A DNA stretch of 64,000 bases from Tubiluchus corallicola (lineage: Eukaryota > Animalia > Priapulida), in the NCBI GenBank assembly GCA_030141605.1, contig JAQGDQ010000439.1, forward strand, positions 62,001 through 126,000, given 5' to 3'. Under the pieces are notes generated by a model. It was not told where the DNA came from and made no database searches. It saw only the letters and a program-made list of their open reading frames with translations. Of the stretch, positions 53,701-64,000 are shown one piece after another. A program made the position numbers and the translations under genes. Each line of letters opens with the position of its first letter. Within the stretch, counting starts at the first letter, position 1.

Positions 53701-55576
53701 CAAACTTATAGCGAAACAAAATATTGATATTTGCATAAACATGTATGTATTAATGCACCTCGTTAAAATGCCAAACTTGCTATAACACCAATTTTTTTGT
53801 AGTCCTAAAAATAGGCAGTATAAAGAGGTTTCACCATATAAGGAAGTGTCTTTATACATGTCACTAAAATCAGTGTCTTTATGTACTTTATGATTGTGGC
53901 AGGGAAGGCAATAAAATGCTTTATTTTTCCCTATGTGCCACACGTTTTCGAATGTTTTTAACATTACATCATCATAATTATTTTTTTGAGAATACGTTGA
54001 CATTGGCCAGCTGCCTATGGCTATGACATTCTGTTAAGCATGCAAGACTCTGGGAATTTGCATGCAGTTTGTACACTTCACGAACTAAGCAAATGGTTCT
54101 TTGCATTTATGAAACTAACTTAAACGAGGCAATATCGGGGCCCCTCTACAAAAGCTGTTTCATAATGCAAATAAATAGACAGAAATCTTATAACAGAATA
54201 AACATTCTGTATATCATTCCTTTGAAGATAAAAAGTTTAATTCATGGTGGTCATTTGTTATCTGATTTACAAAATTCAGGTCACTATATTATTTGAGTGA
54301 TTGCCTGCTTAATTTCCTTGCATAAGTTAAAGTCGCGTTAGTTAAATTAGCATTAGTTTAGCTGGGAAGTGACATTTATGTTTTACAACTGCATCTTTGA
54401 ATCCGTAGTTTTTTTATTTTCATAATTTGCCACTCTGCAAGTCGGAATCCAGCTTTGTGCCAGGAGTGATATCTAGCTGATTACCAACAATAAATAATCA
54501 TCTGAAATGAGCTACTGAACCTGTAGAGGTGCCTTAAGTTGTATCCAGTTTGATATATCCATGCTTAATGAGATAAATACCCAAGACAGTACAGCAGTCA
54601 TCCATCAATTTATAATAAGACCTGGCGCTGCTTAACTTCAGTCGCTAAGTGCACATTATCACCATTTAGCTTTTCTTCCCACCTACTAATTTAAAATAAA
54701 TGTTTTCATTTATCATTGCACTTGATTGTATTTTGTCTTTTCAGTCACTCACAAGATGGCTGTGATCACGATTCCAGTCCAGCATCACCTAATAAACCTT
54801 CTGGTGTGGTAAGACCAGCACCAGCTAAGCCCGCTAGTAATAAGCGGTTTAATATTGGTAACAAACAAAGCAATAAAAGTTCTTCATCACCTGTGAGTGC
54901 ATCCGAAAGTCCAAAAACTGAGCCTCTACTCCCGAACGGTCTCAGTCAACTGAAAGATACAAGTGCTCAGAAATCGCGAGCGGGATTATCAAAAGCGCTT
55001 TCTCATCATGAACAAAGGGTGAACAACCCGGCGATATCAAAAGCTTACTCACAGAAAACTTCATCTACCTCTTCCCAACCTTTAATTAATAATCAGCAGC
55101 ATACTAAAAACAATGTTTGGTCCACTGCTGCATCTGGAACTCACATGACGAAGCGTGCTCCTCCATGGAACACTGATAGAGATGCCACAAGTTCGGCTGG
55201 AGAGGTTGTACCTGTGAGGGTTGCGCCACCTGTGCCTAGCGAAGTTAGTGAACCTATTTCACCAACTCGTACAGCACCAGCGCCACCACCACCATCAACC
55301 AACCAAGATGAGCATCAAGTGGCTGGGAGAGTGGCGCAGTTACGGGCAGTAACCATTCCCAAGATTCCACCACGGCCAGAAAATTACACTCCAACGAAAC
55401 TGGAGTCCGTCAGTGATAAAAACGTTCCAATAAAAACTTCCGTAAAGGCAGATAGTAGTGTAAATAGAAGTGAGTCTTTAGTAGCACAACGAGCAAAAAT
55501 GATTGACAAAATGTTAGCAAATCGTTCTAGTCCTAGTTCAAGTCCTAAATTAAGTGTCAAATTCAGTAAAAAGTAA
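29771..55576 (+). CDS. ADAM metalloprotease-disintegrin, meltrin (ADAM12/19)-like; 21 coding exons, 1036 aa
   Basis: Manually spliced GT-AG exons with consistent phases: 29771-29846, 33223-33335, 33755-33831, 34159-34240, 35345-35427, 38023-38141, 38965-39029, 40394-40483, 41501-41572, 43230-43399, 43542-43629, 44160-44293, 45970-46144, 46692-46787, 48219-48350, 49479-49651, 50419-50623, 51303-51380, 51921-52032, 53404-53542, 54745-55576 (3111 nt). Domains: signal peptide, prodomain (HCHYHG, KKCG cysteine switch), furin site [16 protein letters not shown] with CIM Met-turn, disintegrin, Cys-rich, EGF-like, transmembrane, Pro-rich tail. Confidence 0.93.
30150..30760 (-). mobile_element. CR1/L2-like LINE reverse-transcriptase C-terminal fragment in ADAM intron 1
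   Basis: Degenerate minus-strand reading [20 protein letters not shown]...[14 protein letters not shown]...[14 protein letters not shown]. Confidence 0.8.
32283..33198. mobile_element. Helentron/DINE-like non-autonomous element containing a tRNA-like segment
   Basis: Inverted termini aagattctgctt ... aagcagaatctt; local terminal hairpin aagattttgtt-gtaa-agcagaatctt; gtgacctttgac motif; reverse tRNA-like ggattcgaactc segment at about 32375. Confidence 0.5.
34728..35151 (+). mobile_element. internally deleted pogo-family (POGK/Passer-like) DNA transposon in ADAM intron 4
   Basis: TIRs CCGTATTTTCCCATGTATAGGAGACCC / GGGTCTCTTATACATGGGAAAATACGG with TA on both sides; internal [35 protein letters not shown] is a pogo transposase C-terminus. 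Confidence 0.92.
42633..42772. repeat. degenerate interstitial (TAACCC)n tract inside a small inverted-repeat element
   Basis: ccctaaccctgaccgtagccttaaccccaaccctaaccc... flanked by agtttacaaatcct / aggaattgtaaact inverted arms. Confidence 0.7.
44160..44293 (+). CDS. ADAM catalytic zinc-binding exon (exon 12)
   Basis: [44 protein letters not shown] contains HEXXHXXGXXHD and the Met-turn; absent from the ORF track. Confidence 0.96.
44341..45397. mobile_element. Tc1/mariner-type MITE in ADAM intron 12
   Basis: TA|TAGGGTGTCCCAGAAAAAACAGTGCAG ... CTGCACTGTTTCTTCTGAAATGCCCTG|TA: imperfect TIRs with TA flanks. Confidence 0.7.
45068..45338. repeat. long spacer-less palindrome, 122-bp arms, with a 27-bp duplication in the left arm
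   Basis: 45217-45338 is the reverse complement of 45068-45216 apart from one extra 27-bp unit; centre aatatatatatt; mirror ORFs on opposite strands share the peptide [36 protein letters not shown]. Confidence 0.95.
48363..48699. repeat. 26-bp minisatellite with a 52-bp higher-order dimer
   Basis: Alternating GTAGCGTCCCTAAAGCTGACATTCAG / GTAATGTCCTCAAAACTGACATTCAC units, about 13 monomers, starting 12 bp into ADAM intron 15. Confidence 0.92.
50768..50979. mobile_element. foldback element built from two inverted tRNA-like halves
   Basis: Outer inverted repeat caaacgtgactgaaaggaag / cttcttttcagtcaagtttg encloses a minus-strand and a plus-strand degenerate tRNA-like segment. Confidence 0.55.
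51619..51870. mobile_element. foldback element with two inverted hammerhead-ribozyme-like cores (Penelope-like)
   Basis: Imperfect arms of about 120 bp; plus 51776-51809 CTGATGA-T-GAAAG...CTGAC-GAAA-TGTT and minus 51713-51680 CTGGTGA-T-GACAG...CTGTC-GAAA-CATT. Confidence 0.7.
52493..53105. mobile_element. probable hAT-type MITE with tatcgt subterminal repeats
   Basis: tagg(a)atatcgttatcgtatcg ... tatcgtattgtatcgtt...atatcccta termini; a related cgatac-rich end occurs at about 22412-22466. Confidence 0.45.
54745..55576 (+). CDS. ADAM terminal exon: proline/serine-rich cytoplasmic tail
   Basis: Acceptor ttttcag at 54744 is phase-compatible with the transmembrane exon 53404-53542; PxxP motifs [29 protein letters not shown]. 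Confidence 0.88.
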
Positions 55577-57544
55577 CCTATTCATTATGTAATATATATG
55601 CTTATTCAAATTTTACTTATTGTGTAGAAGAGAAAGTTCTATTTGAAGCAATTAAGTTTAACTTGTTAACATTGCTTATGAATATTTGCTTCTTTTTAAC
55701 TGTGCGATTGAATTGGTCTCACTATTTGCAAATAAAGCATATTTTTATCTTGTATATAGTTTCAAGAAAAGAAATTCCTTGGTCATGATCATGAAAAAGG
55801 TAAAGTTGAACGCATGTTAGCTGTACGTGTAGCCGATTTACATTTTTGTAATATAAACGAATTTAGGTTTTATTTTATCACATCATGTTAACTGATTTAG
55901 ATTTGTAAAACTGACAAAGATTTCCATAATACTGCACATGTTTACGAGCTCACAGTAATTGTTTTTCTATAGTTGTTATTTTATTACTTTTCATTTGTAC
56001 AATGAAATGAAGTGCAAGTTATTTAGTGAAGAATTTCAACTGTCTGGAAAGCAAAGCTTGGCAGTCTGTGTAGTGGCGTTGACTACATTCATCTTTTCAC
56101 TGCCCATCCCTGTTTTCTTTCCTTGCTGATGCACCGATGGTACTGGTGTAGCCAGTAGGAGTCAGTGAAGCCAACTTGCTCTGTGAAAGGCTTTCAAGTT
56201 GCAATCATTGAACTACAAGTCAACACGGGAGTGACAGTAAACTGAGCTAACCCACCATCCTGGGTTTGAAGAATACTGTGTTTCTCATGCTGCTCTTACC
56301 ATAGTGAAAGATCTAGGTAGATTTTTTCATATACATAGATATGTAATGTTATGAAACCTTCAGCATGCACATTTACACAAGTCGTACACACACTTACCAT
56401 CTGGTGCGAATGTTCTATGATTTTTGCTGTGATACTAATTTTTGCGTTGTGAACACGTACCAAGAGTACTCGACTACAATTTCGTAGTTACGAGCTATAA
56501 AATATAGCGCATTGCATTATGAGTGGTTTTGTATAAAACCTTGTATCTTGGAAATATGTTCGTGAAGCTTATTAACTAACTACTAAAACATCATTAACTG
56601 TTGTGTTTTATTGTAAGAATTACATTGTTACAATGGTATAGGATATGTTAACAAGCATTACACCAGTGTTGTTTATTGAATTCCACGAGGAGCGCCACGT
56701 ACTTGGGCATTATATCTAGCTTCGTGACTTTAAGTCTCCTGTCTTGCCTGTTGGGAATGAACTGTAGAATCTGTGGTGTTCCAATCATACATAGAAATTC
56801 AGACAAAAATGCTTGAAAATCTTATAATACTAATAACGTCTTCTGCCAATTTTCTCAAATCCACTAACACTTTTCAGTTCAATGAAAATTATTAAATGGA
56901 ATTGAGGATACTGCGCTTGTATTATATGACTATTTTACTGTTTTTTAGGTTCTGCTACAGCTCTGTTTATATTAGAGAAAGCTTCTGTTTATCATTTCAT
57001 TGCCAGTCAATGTGCAGTTATTATGACATCATTTTTATGAGATTATATGTAAGATGTTTGCTGACAGTTTTTGCTTTAGACAGTTGAAATAAGCAGTTAA
57101 TGAAATTTCATTTCATTTTTACTCTTTGGTTGTTCAGATTTATTAAATTCTTTAAGTAATTTTTGATTAACTGTTTGGTGCTGTTGTTTCTGTAAACGAC
57201 TCCTAGGAGGATTAGAGACATAATATGTAAATTATGAGCTTTTCCGTCTATCTTAATGGTATGACAATTTTTATTTTTTTTATCATCTCAGAGTGATAAT
57301 TTCCATTTTAAAAGTTAGTACTAAGTGTATTATTTATTTAAATGTAGTGAAAGCATTACGTAACGTTGTTCGTGAAAATAAATTTAATATTTTTTACTTA
57401 ATTTCTTAATGGTAGTGATGTGACTAATTGTCCGATTCCTGCTAAAACAATAATTTTACTTTGCATTTACTATGCAAACAGTATAGTATTGGTATATTTG
57501 CATTGCTTACTGCATAATTTAAAGTCATTGTTGTAATCTAATAA

Positions 57545-57845
57545 ATTCTTTGGCGTTCAAAAGTCAAGTTCTGAAGATTAAGATGGTTAGGACACCTCAG
57601 ATTACCAAATGAAAAACCAGTACGAATCGCCTTAATTAAAGGAAGCCTTAAAACCTTACAAAATGCCACCTTTCAACCAAAAACTATTTGATAACTAAGA
57701 TATAGAAAAATGTTCAACAACTTCTGCCAAATGTAGTTTTAGGAGTAGAACCTATGCTGTTAGCTGCAGATAGGAGTGGGTCGAATTAGTGGTAATGCCT
57801 CGTATCTACAACAGATGGCATGAGACTTTGATGATGACGATGTTC
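57545..57845 (+). mobile_element. RTE-like LINE 3' fragment
   Basis: RLRWLGHL/RLPNEKP motif and a (GAT)n-like tail gatgatgacgatg. Confidence 0.65.
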
Positions 57846-58879
57846 TAATCAAGCCTTATTTAGTATTGTTCAAGTGGTCCTACAAATAGCTAATAATCAC
57901 AAAAATCGAAATGTCTAAATTGATATCATATTTGGAGTCTGCAGTAAGCATCCCAACATCAATGTCTATTATGAGTCTGTAGGGCTACTTAGCCACACAA
58001 GTCACATTTAACGCGTTACGTGCCACGTTTCACGTGTGAAACAACGTAGAACAATGTAACAGAGAAAAACAGATCAATAATTATAAAACTTTTTTCAGGC
58101 GTTTTCGCCTTAGCGATCGTCATCAGCTGAAAATAACGAAGTAAGAACATTAAAAACAAAGTTGTAGATAAACATCGGTTTTGAATATAAGAAGTTAGAG
58201 AAAGATATGACTGCATGAATGACTCCATAAGAAGAAAAACAGAACTATGCAATTGGTTTGTGTCAGAGCAAAATTAATTAAGGAAAGCAAAAAATATAAA
58301 TTAACAACCTGAATAGAACGTGCTGGTAACCTGAGAAAAGTGTGCAGGTAAATTGTAACATAATTTCTATTGTGCACTGTCCTTTAGTTTTACGCGTCAC
58401 ATGTGTTTCACGTGTGGAACGAAGTAGAACAAAGTAATTTCTGTTGTGCACTATTCTTTGATATTACGCGTTTTTCGATTAAGAGCGCCCCTAATCCAAG
58501 GATGGTCACTACTACTCCGTTTTTTGTCATTTTCAATGTGCGTTTCATTAATGTCGTATGTGTAAGTGAATTATTTTTTTAGGAATTTTGATAGCCTTTT
58601 ACTTGCATAATGCATTTGATCATCACGTAAAATGCATTCAAAATATTCAATAAATTAATTATTATTAACATCTGTTATTGAAGATCCACAAGTACGTATG
58701 CAGTAGGAAGATTTGTGATATATGTACAATTGATGTATGACAAAATTCGTTTTCAATGTATTGGTAAGTTGTGCAGAAGCATTATGTCATTAACGAGTAT
58801 TATAAATGTAATCCTCTTAGTTATAGTGGGGTCAATATAATGGAAAAAGTAATTTTACTCCTGAAAAATCGCAAGAGGG

Positions 58880-59850
58880 TGCTTTTGAGTTTTGTTGTAG
58901 TATTTGGTTTAGAGAATAACATAGCCAAATTAGGCCGAAATTAGGCCTAAATGTGACGTCAAAAAATATAGCAGCCATTTGGCAGCAGGATGGTGAAAAA
59001 ATGCTAATTTTGATTCAAAGGCATGAAACTTTTCACAGTGCTAGAGCTCATTAAGGTGATTAATTTTAGTTATAGAGTCAGTTCAAATTTGTCCAATATG
59101 GCCATAATTTTCAAGATGGCTGACGATATATCTGTTGTTAGCTTATAAGGGCTATCAGAACATAGATGATAATGATTTTGGTGTCTAAATATATAGGTTT
59201 TCAAGGTTAAGGTTTCAATGTCTGATGCTTAAATGCGCCTATAATACCACTTCATTTCAAGATGGCGGCTAAGATAGCTGTAAATGTTGCACAAAGAAAC
59301 GAAATTGCTCATTTTGTCTTAAAAGCACGAAACTTTGCACAATGCTAAAACTCATCCGGTTGATTAGCCTTGGGTATGGAGCCAATCAAAAATTATCCAA
59401 TATGGCCACAGCATTCAAGATGGCCGACAAGATGGTTGTTGCATATAATTAATATAATTCCATATTTATTAAAACCTATTTATTAATTTTATTTTTAAAC
59501 ATTATCTACATTTTTAAACATACCTATACTTGCTTGGTTTCTATCACTTGCTGGTAACAACATTTAATAAGTTGTTGACACACTTTTGATGTTTTAGAAT
59601 GCAAAATCTGGTGTGATTTTTCTTGTCAGTTCAGTAAAACATTTCCGGTCTGAGTCAAAAGGTGATAGTAAAGTTTAGGGCAGGGATAAGTACCAGCAGT
59701 TCTTCTTGATGCACAGCCTGTTCGGTATGAGCCAACATTGCATTCAGTGACACTTTTTTCTTGTGGGCAAGTCTTTATGTTCTTTGTCAACTGTCGCAGT
59801 GGTGCATGTGTTGGCCTTGTCATGCTTGAAGAGGATGTTGCCACTAGCAA
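58880..59850 (-). mobile_element. DNA transposon remnant with caagatggc repeats and a degenerate Cys-rich C-terminus
   Basis: Repeated caagatggc blocks at about 59110, 59258 and 59416; adjacent minus-strand ECNVG..RTGCASRR..PCPKL resembles a decayed CXC motif. Confidence 0.45.
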
Positions 59851-60439
59851 ATTGTTATGAATTTAAAAATTCTTAATTTAAAATATTTGCTTTAAATTGT
59901 TCTTTGAATTTAATACAGATACTGTCATTGTCATTGTTGTCATTTGAACATTGCTATGTTATTATGGCCTTCATAAAATGATTAAAAACAAAATTGCTCA
60001 GCATTCGCCATAATTCTTCCAGAATGATTCAAACAACAAGCTTATTGTCGAAAATTCTAAACAAAACGAGGCCTATAAGTTTTCGCGATGCTAAATTTAG
60101 ATTATTTTGGAAAATGGAACATTATGTGACCAGTGTTGTAGTGCAACTATTTTGAGAAGTATATATTAAGAAAATTATAAGAGCTTAAATTTACATAAAA
60201 GTTAACGAGGTGAAGTTTTCAAAACGAACTGCTATATAGATACCGCATAAAAAATTTACATTTTAAATTACTTTTTTACTACATTCTAAATACTATCACA
60301 GATTGTATTCTAAAGGTCATTTTTGTGTTGTTTGTTTTTATGGAAAAATCCGATATACAGTTTTCAATGTGCATCTGCCTCTCTTAGAAATCGAATCATT
60401 TGAGAATCGAGTTTCTTGATTTCTCGATATGCTGTTATC

Positions 60440-61500
60440 CTAGAAAGTCGGTTGTGTTTCCCTTGTATCCAGTTCATCTTTATTCAGTAACCAGTATGTC
60501 TCAAGTTCACCTTTTCTTTAAATTAACAAGGAAAATGATTGGGTGTTAAAAAATTACGTGGATTTTAAAATGTCTAACAGGATTTTTAGCTAAATTAACA
60601 AAGAAAAAATGGTTGTTATAAAGACCCCGTAATTTGAGTTGGACGTTGGCAAACAATAGACACTGTTCTCGCTGGTTTTAACAATATCGAATATTTTTCA
60701 ATATCAGCAAAGAAGTTATTTGAAAGGCGATTCACCCAATAGGCAACATTTTGTTTTCGACTTTTGGCATAAGTGATAATCTTCTTGTATCTCGGAACTG
60801 GCATGAGAATGAGGCCATTCATCATACAAATGAAAATGTTTTAAAACGGCGAACATAAGTGTCAAAGCTTATGGAAAGGCAAAAGGTTTACCTCGAGCGA
60901 AAATAAGTGGAGCTTGTTGCCCTCCCCAAACTCGCTTGCTCCTTACTGCATATCACTATCAACATGACAAAAACAACCAGAGTTTTCCAATCACTGGTCT
61001 CTTCAGTGTTCTGTTTTACGGTATAATAATGTGGGAATCCAGCTTAGCAACTTACCCACTATTTTAGAGTAATATTCAATCTCTACAGATGCATTAATGT
61101 CTCGGCATAATACGTCGTAGTGACGTTCATTCAACGCTAAGCTGGAGGAGCTTCTGTGCATCACTTCATTGTCCCTGGCCACATTGTTACGGTTTCAAGG
61201 CTTGGTCGGCAGCTAGATGAGTTTCTCTCTATTTGTTCTCTTTTCTTCTTAAATTTAAGTAGAAAGCCGTTGCTCCACGTTCTATCTGCAATCGATGTGC
61301 AAGTGCTCCCATTTCTGCACCAACTTGAAACTATGATTGCATTCTGCCAATGTGGTTACGGTAGTTAATGCTTGGTGTAAGAGAAATGACATTTTGTAGA
61401 AAGGACAACCACAATAGGTTGCCGCTATAGTGCCAAGGACCTTTACCATCTGAATTCATTTCCATGCTTGGTAAATGGCTCGCAGCAGCAACATCCTCTG
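60440..61500 (-). pseudogene. NIT-domain guanylyl cyclase (NIT-GC) pseudogene, frameshifted and internally deleted
   Basis: Across frameshifts, minus 61500-60892 reads RGCCCCEPFTKHG/*IQMVKVLGTIAA/PIVVV/FLQNVISLTPSINYRNHIGRMQS*FQVGAEMGALAHRLQIERGATAFYLN.../LNERHYDVLCRDINASVEIEYYSKIVGKLLSWI/..WKTLVVFVMLIVICSKEQASLGRATSSTYF/AR, then a GT donor; minus 60514-60440 reads KGELETYWLLNKDE...*, the class III cyclase C-terminal motif. Confidence 0.8.
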
Positions 61501-62758
61501 AAGTTCTTAAATTTGATGACTGACGAAAATTGTGGCGAAATTGAGTGATTTCCAATTCTACAGTGTGATCTTCAACGTGGATACTGGGTTGCCATTCGTA
61601 CATATTTATCCGTGAATCAGGGGCAGGTTGTTTGTTTGTGAGGGTAAAGATGACTGCAGGCTGCAGTCGAAACGTCTGGAGACAGGCTTTCAGTATTTTG
61701 TAGCGTTAACATATAGCAGTATAAGACAATTTTGTTTTGAACAAATGTCGCGAACAACCTCCAGAGCAGTTTAATGTTCTGCATGCACAATTTGAATTTT
61801 GCGGAGTTTTTTTACTTGATTTCGTGTGCACAGGTCTACATGATTTCGTTCTGATGTTGGTGCTTAAGTTCACTGCATTACTAGAATGAAGTCAACAATA
61901 GTAACTGTCATGCGTGTCAACAATATCCGACGATCAGCATTGTTGGATGTTAGCTGATACTGGAATTTGGAAGGTGGGATTAGTAGTAATATAAAGGAGA
62001 TTATGATCTTGTTTACAGAAAGGAAATTCTGATTTCGCTGTACTGCTTTCTACTGATTAAACATTTAAACAATACATTGTATGTGTGACATACGCAAATG
62101 ATTCAAATAGTGACGAGACACCACAATATTTAAATCATTGAAAATCAGGTTCATTCAATTCTTGGCCGTTTTCGTCCAAGCTTTTCTATCTCTTTCTTTT
62201 CTAATTTCTTCTTTTTCAATCGTACAAGCTAACTCAATAGACAACACAGCACGTCTGCGTATTGACGCCATAATTTGACTGACACCCCTTGCAGAATTGT
62301 AATTACCAGAATTTGACGGAATGAAGTTTGATGTTGTCTAAATGAGCATTAGTTTTAGACTGACCATTTTTGCTTGTTGGTTTTAGTTTGATAGTTTAAA
62401 ATTGATCGTGTAAAAGGACACTTAGATTATACAGCAAAGCAGTTCAACGCACGTGACGACACTTTTCTAATGAGGTGTATTTTATAACAAAATAATAAAC
62501 AACATTTTAGTAAAACCAAACATCATTTATGAAGATAAACAAGCCTACTTGGATATTTTTCACTTTATGGTGACTCTGTACATTCATCACAACAGTTTTA
62601 ACTTATTAAAAGGAAGACACATTTGTTATTAACAATTCTAGTTTGGGTTTAAATATTTCTTGCAACTATCTTATTCTGCAGAAGTATTAAATTATACCTA
62701 GAAACGTTATTATTCTGGTCTGTTTGTTTTATTGACAGAAATCGCTGTTGTTGTTTTT

Positions 62759-62960
62759 CTATTGACAGTGTTCATTATTATCAATCACCGCTTTTCTTTT
62801 CCATCCAAAACAAAAATACCCCATAGTACAACCGAGAACAAGTCCACCACACAACCAGATGTTATATGTCATGAATATCAACATAAGCAAGTAACTGTAA
62901 GTTGTCTGTATCAAATGCAGAAATGTTTGTAACCAGTGACCAATGCTCAACCAAGATTCC
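62759..62960 (-). CDS. SLC31A1: high-affinity copper transporter CTR1-like, last exon
   Basis: AG at 62962-62961; HWLQTFLHLIQTTYSYLLMLIFMTYNIWLC (MxxxM), GCTMG (GxxxG), GYFCFGWKRKAVIDNNEHCQ*. Confidence 0.93.
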
Positions 62961-63681
62961 CTGAAACAAAATTTTAAATATAATTAAAAAATAGCGATAA
63001 TTTAACGCCAACTTGGTTTAATAATATGATTTTCCACATTAGTTTGATGGTCACTAATCATCACAGTCTGGTTCAATATAAGAAGTATTACAATACATCA
63101 CATAGTTCATTGGCAGTTAACATCGTTTTGGAGAGGGTAAGTACTAGTTTTTAAATTACATTACCCCTCTGTTTCATTTTCTCGAGTGCTAGTTCCTGTA
63201 GATGCATGGTGTAGTTTCTTCTACAATTTTTGGAAAAAAGTGTCTTTCATTTCTTAATTTACTACTTTCACTTATACATGTATGTCACTATTTACAATTC
63301 TACGATGGCATAATAAGTAGAACACAAATGCATGTTTTTGAATGTAGGTATTGATGGATATGGCATCATTAATATATCATTCCACATAAGAAGACTGATT
63401 CACTTAATGTAGATAATATCTTTTTGTTATGAGACTGAAGACCGAAGAGGGACTTCTTGTTGTAATAGACTGTTCGGTTTTGAATTTAATTGGTGTATAG
63501 TCCCACGTTAAGAGCAGGTAGGCCTGTTCACGAATTACAACTGCATTTTTTTCATTTTTTATTTAAGTGGTCCCATTAGAGATGATTAGACCAACAATTA
63601 ACGTGACCAAAGGCTGTTTTGATAGTTTCAGTTGCATTGCTGGCCTAGATTGTTACACATTCAATAAAATTATGCTTATAC

Positions 63682-63889
63682 CTTCCAGAACAACCATCAC
63701 ATTTTAGGGTTGGCCCTCGTCCGTTATTTTTCACATACGCATTTTCTTGCTTTGAGGATTCGACGTAAGCCTCATACTTTCTGCAACATATGCAGGACTG
63801 TCTATAGGTTAGTAAGTGTATCCGCCAGGACTTTAGACCTTCATAACAAACGCCTGCGAGGAACACGACTACAGTGGACCAAGCTATTC
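63682..63889 (-). CDS. SLC31A1: CTR1-like copper transporter, penultimate exon
   Basis: AG/GT-flanked 208-nt exon (G)IAWSTVVVFLAGVCYEGLKSWR (TM1, YEGLK motif), phase-2 join to the last exon; 5' exons lie beyond the window. Confidence 0.9.
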
Positions 63890-64000
63890 CTGAAATTATC
63901 CAGTGTGTTAGTAAAAATTAACAAATGGAAAAAAATATGCGAGTATTTTGCACACTTCTCTGCGCACCTCATGTGCACAATATTGCCACAAACCCTGGTG

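Noticed and set aside
60616-60825. 69-aa ORF as an independent gene
   Set aside because: It lies between the NIT and cyclase remnants; it may be a decayed exon of the pseudogene, but I cannot align it confidently.
62155-62271. Short minus-strand ORF MASIRRRAVL...RKAWTK as a NIT-GC first exon or Harbinger fragment
   Set aside because: Only 38 codons, with too little motif support to assign.

Overview
AT-rich, intron-rich animal genomic DNA, most likely a non-arthropod invertebrate; there are no prokaryotic features or CRISPR arrays. I can support five protein-coding genes. (1) The 5' part of a CAPON/NOS1AP-like PTB adaptor on the minus strand, with coding exons at 14567-14689 and 5974-6045. 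(2) An ARMC4/ODAD2 (gudu)-like gene whose 655-codon ORF is a single exon (minus, 17461-19428). (3) A divergent two-coding-exon ankyrin-repeat gene ending in a FEM-1-type BC/VHL box (plus, 25018-27727). (4) A complete 21-exon meltrin-type ADAM metalloprotease with intact catalytic motifs (plus, 29771-55576, 1036 codons by manual splicing). (5) The last two exons of a CTR1/SLC31A copper transporter (minus, 62759-63889). The ORF track misses a frameshifted, internally deleted NIT-domain guanylyl cyclase (NIT-GC) pseudogene at about 60440-61500 (minus). Introns and intergenic DNA hold hAT, pogo/Tigger and Tc1-mariner relics, LINE and SINE fragments, minisatellites, a spacer-less palindrome with 122-bp arms, and a foldback element with two inverted, decayed hammerhead-ribozyme-like cores. 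All calls come from manual reading and recalled family motifs; no database search was run.
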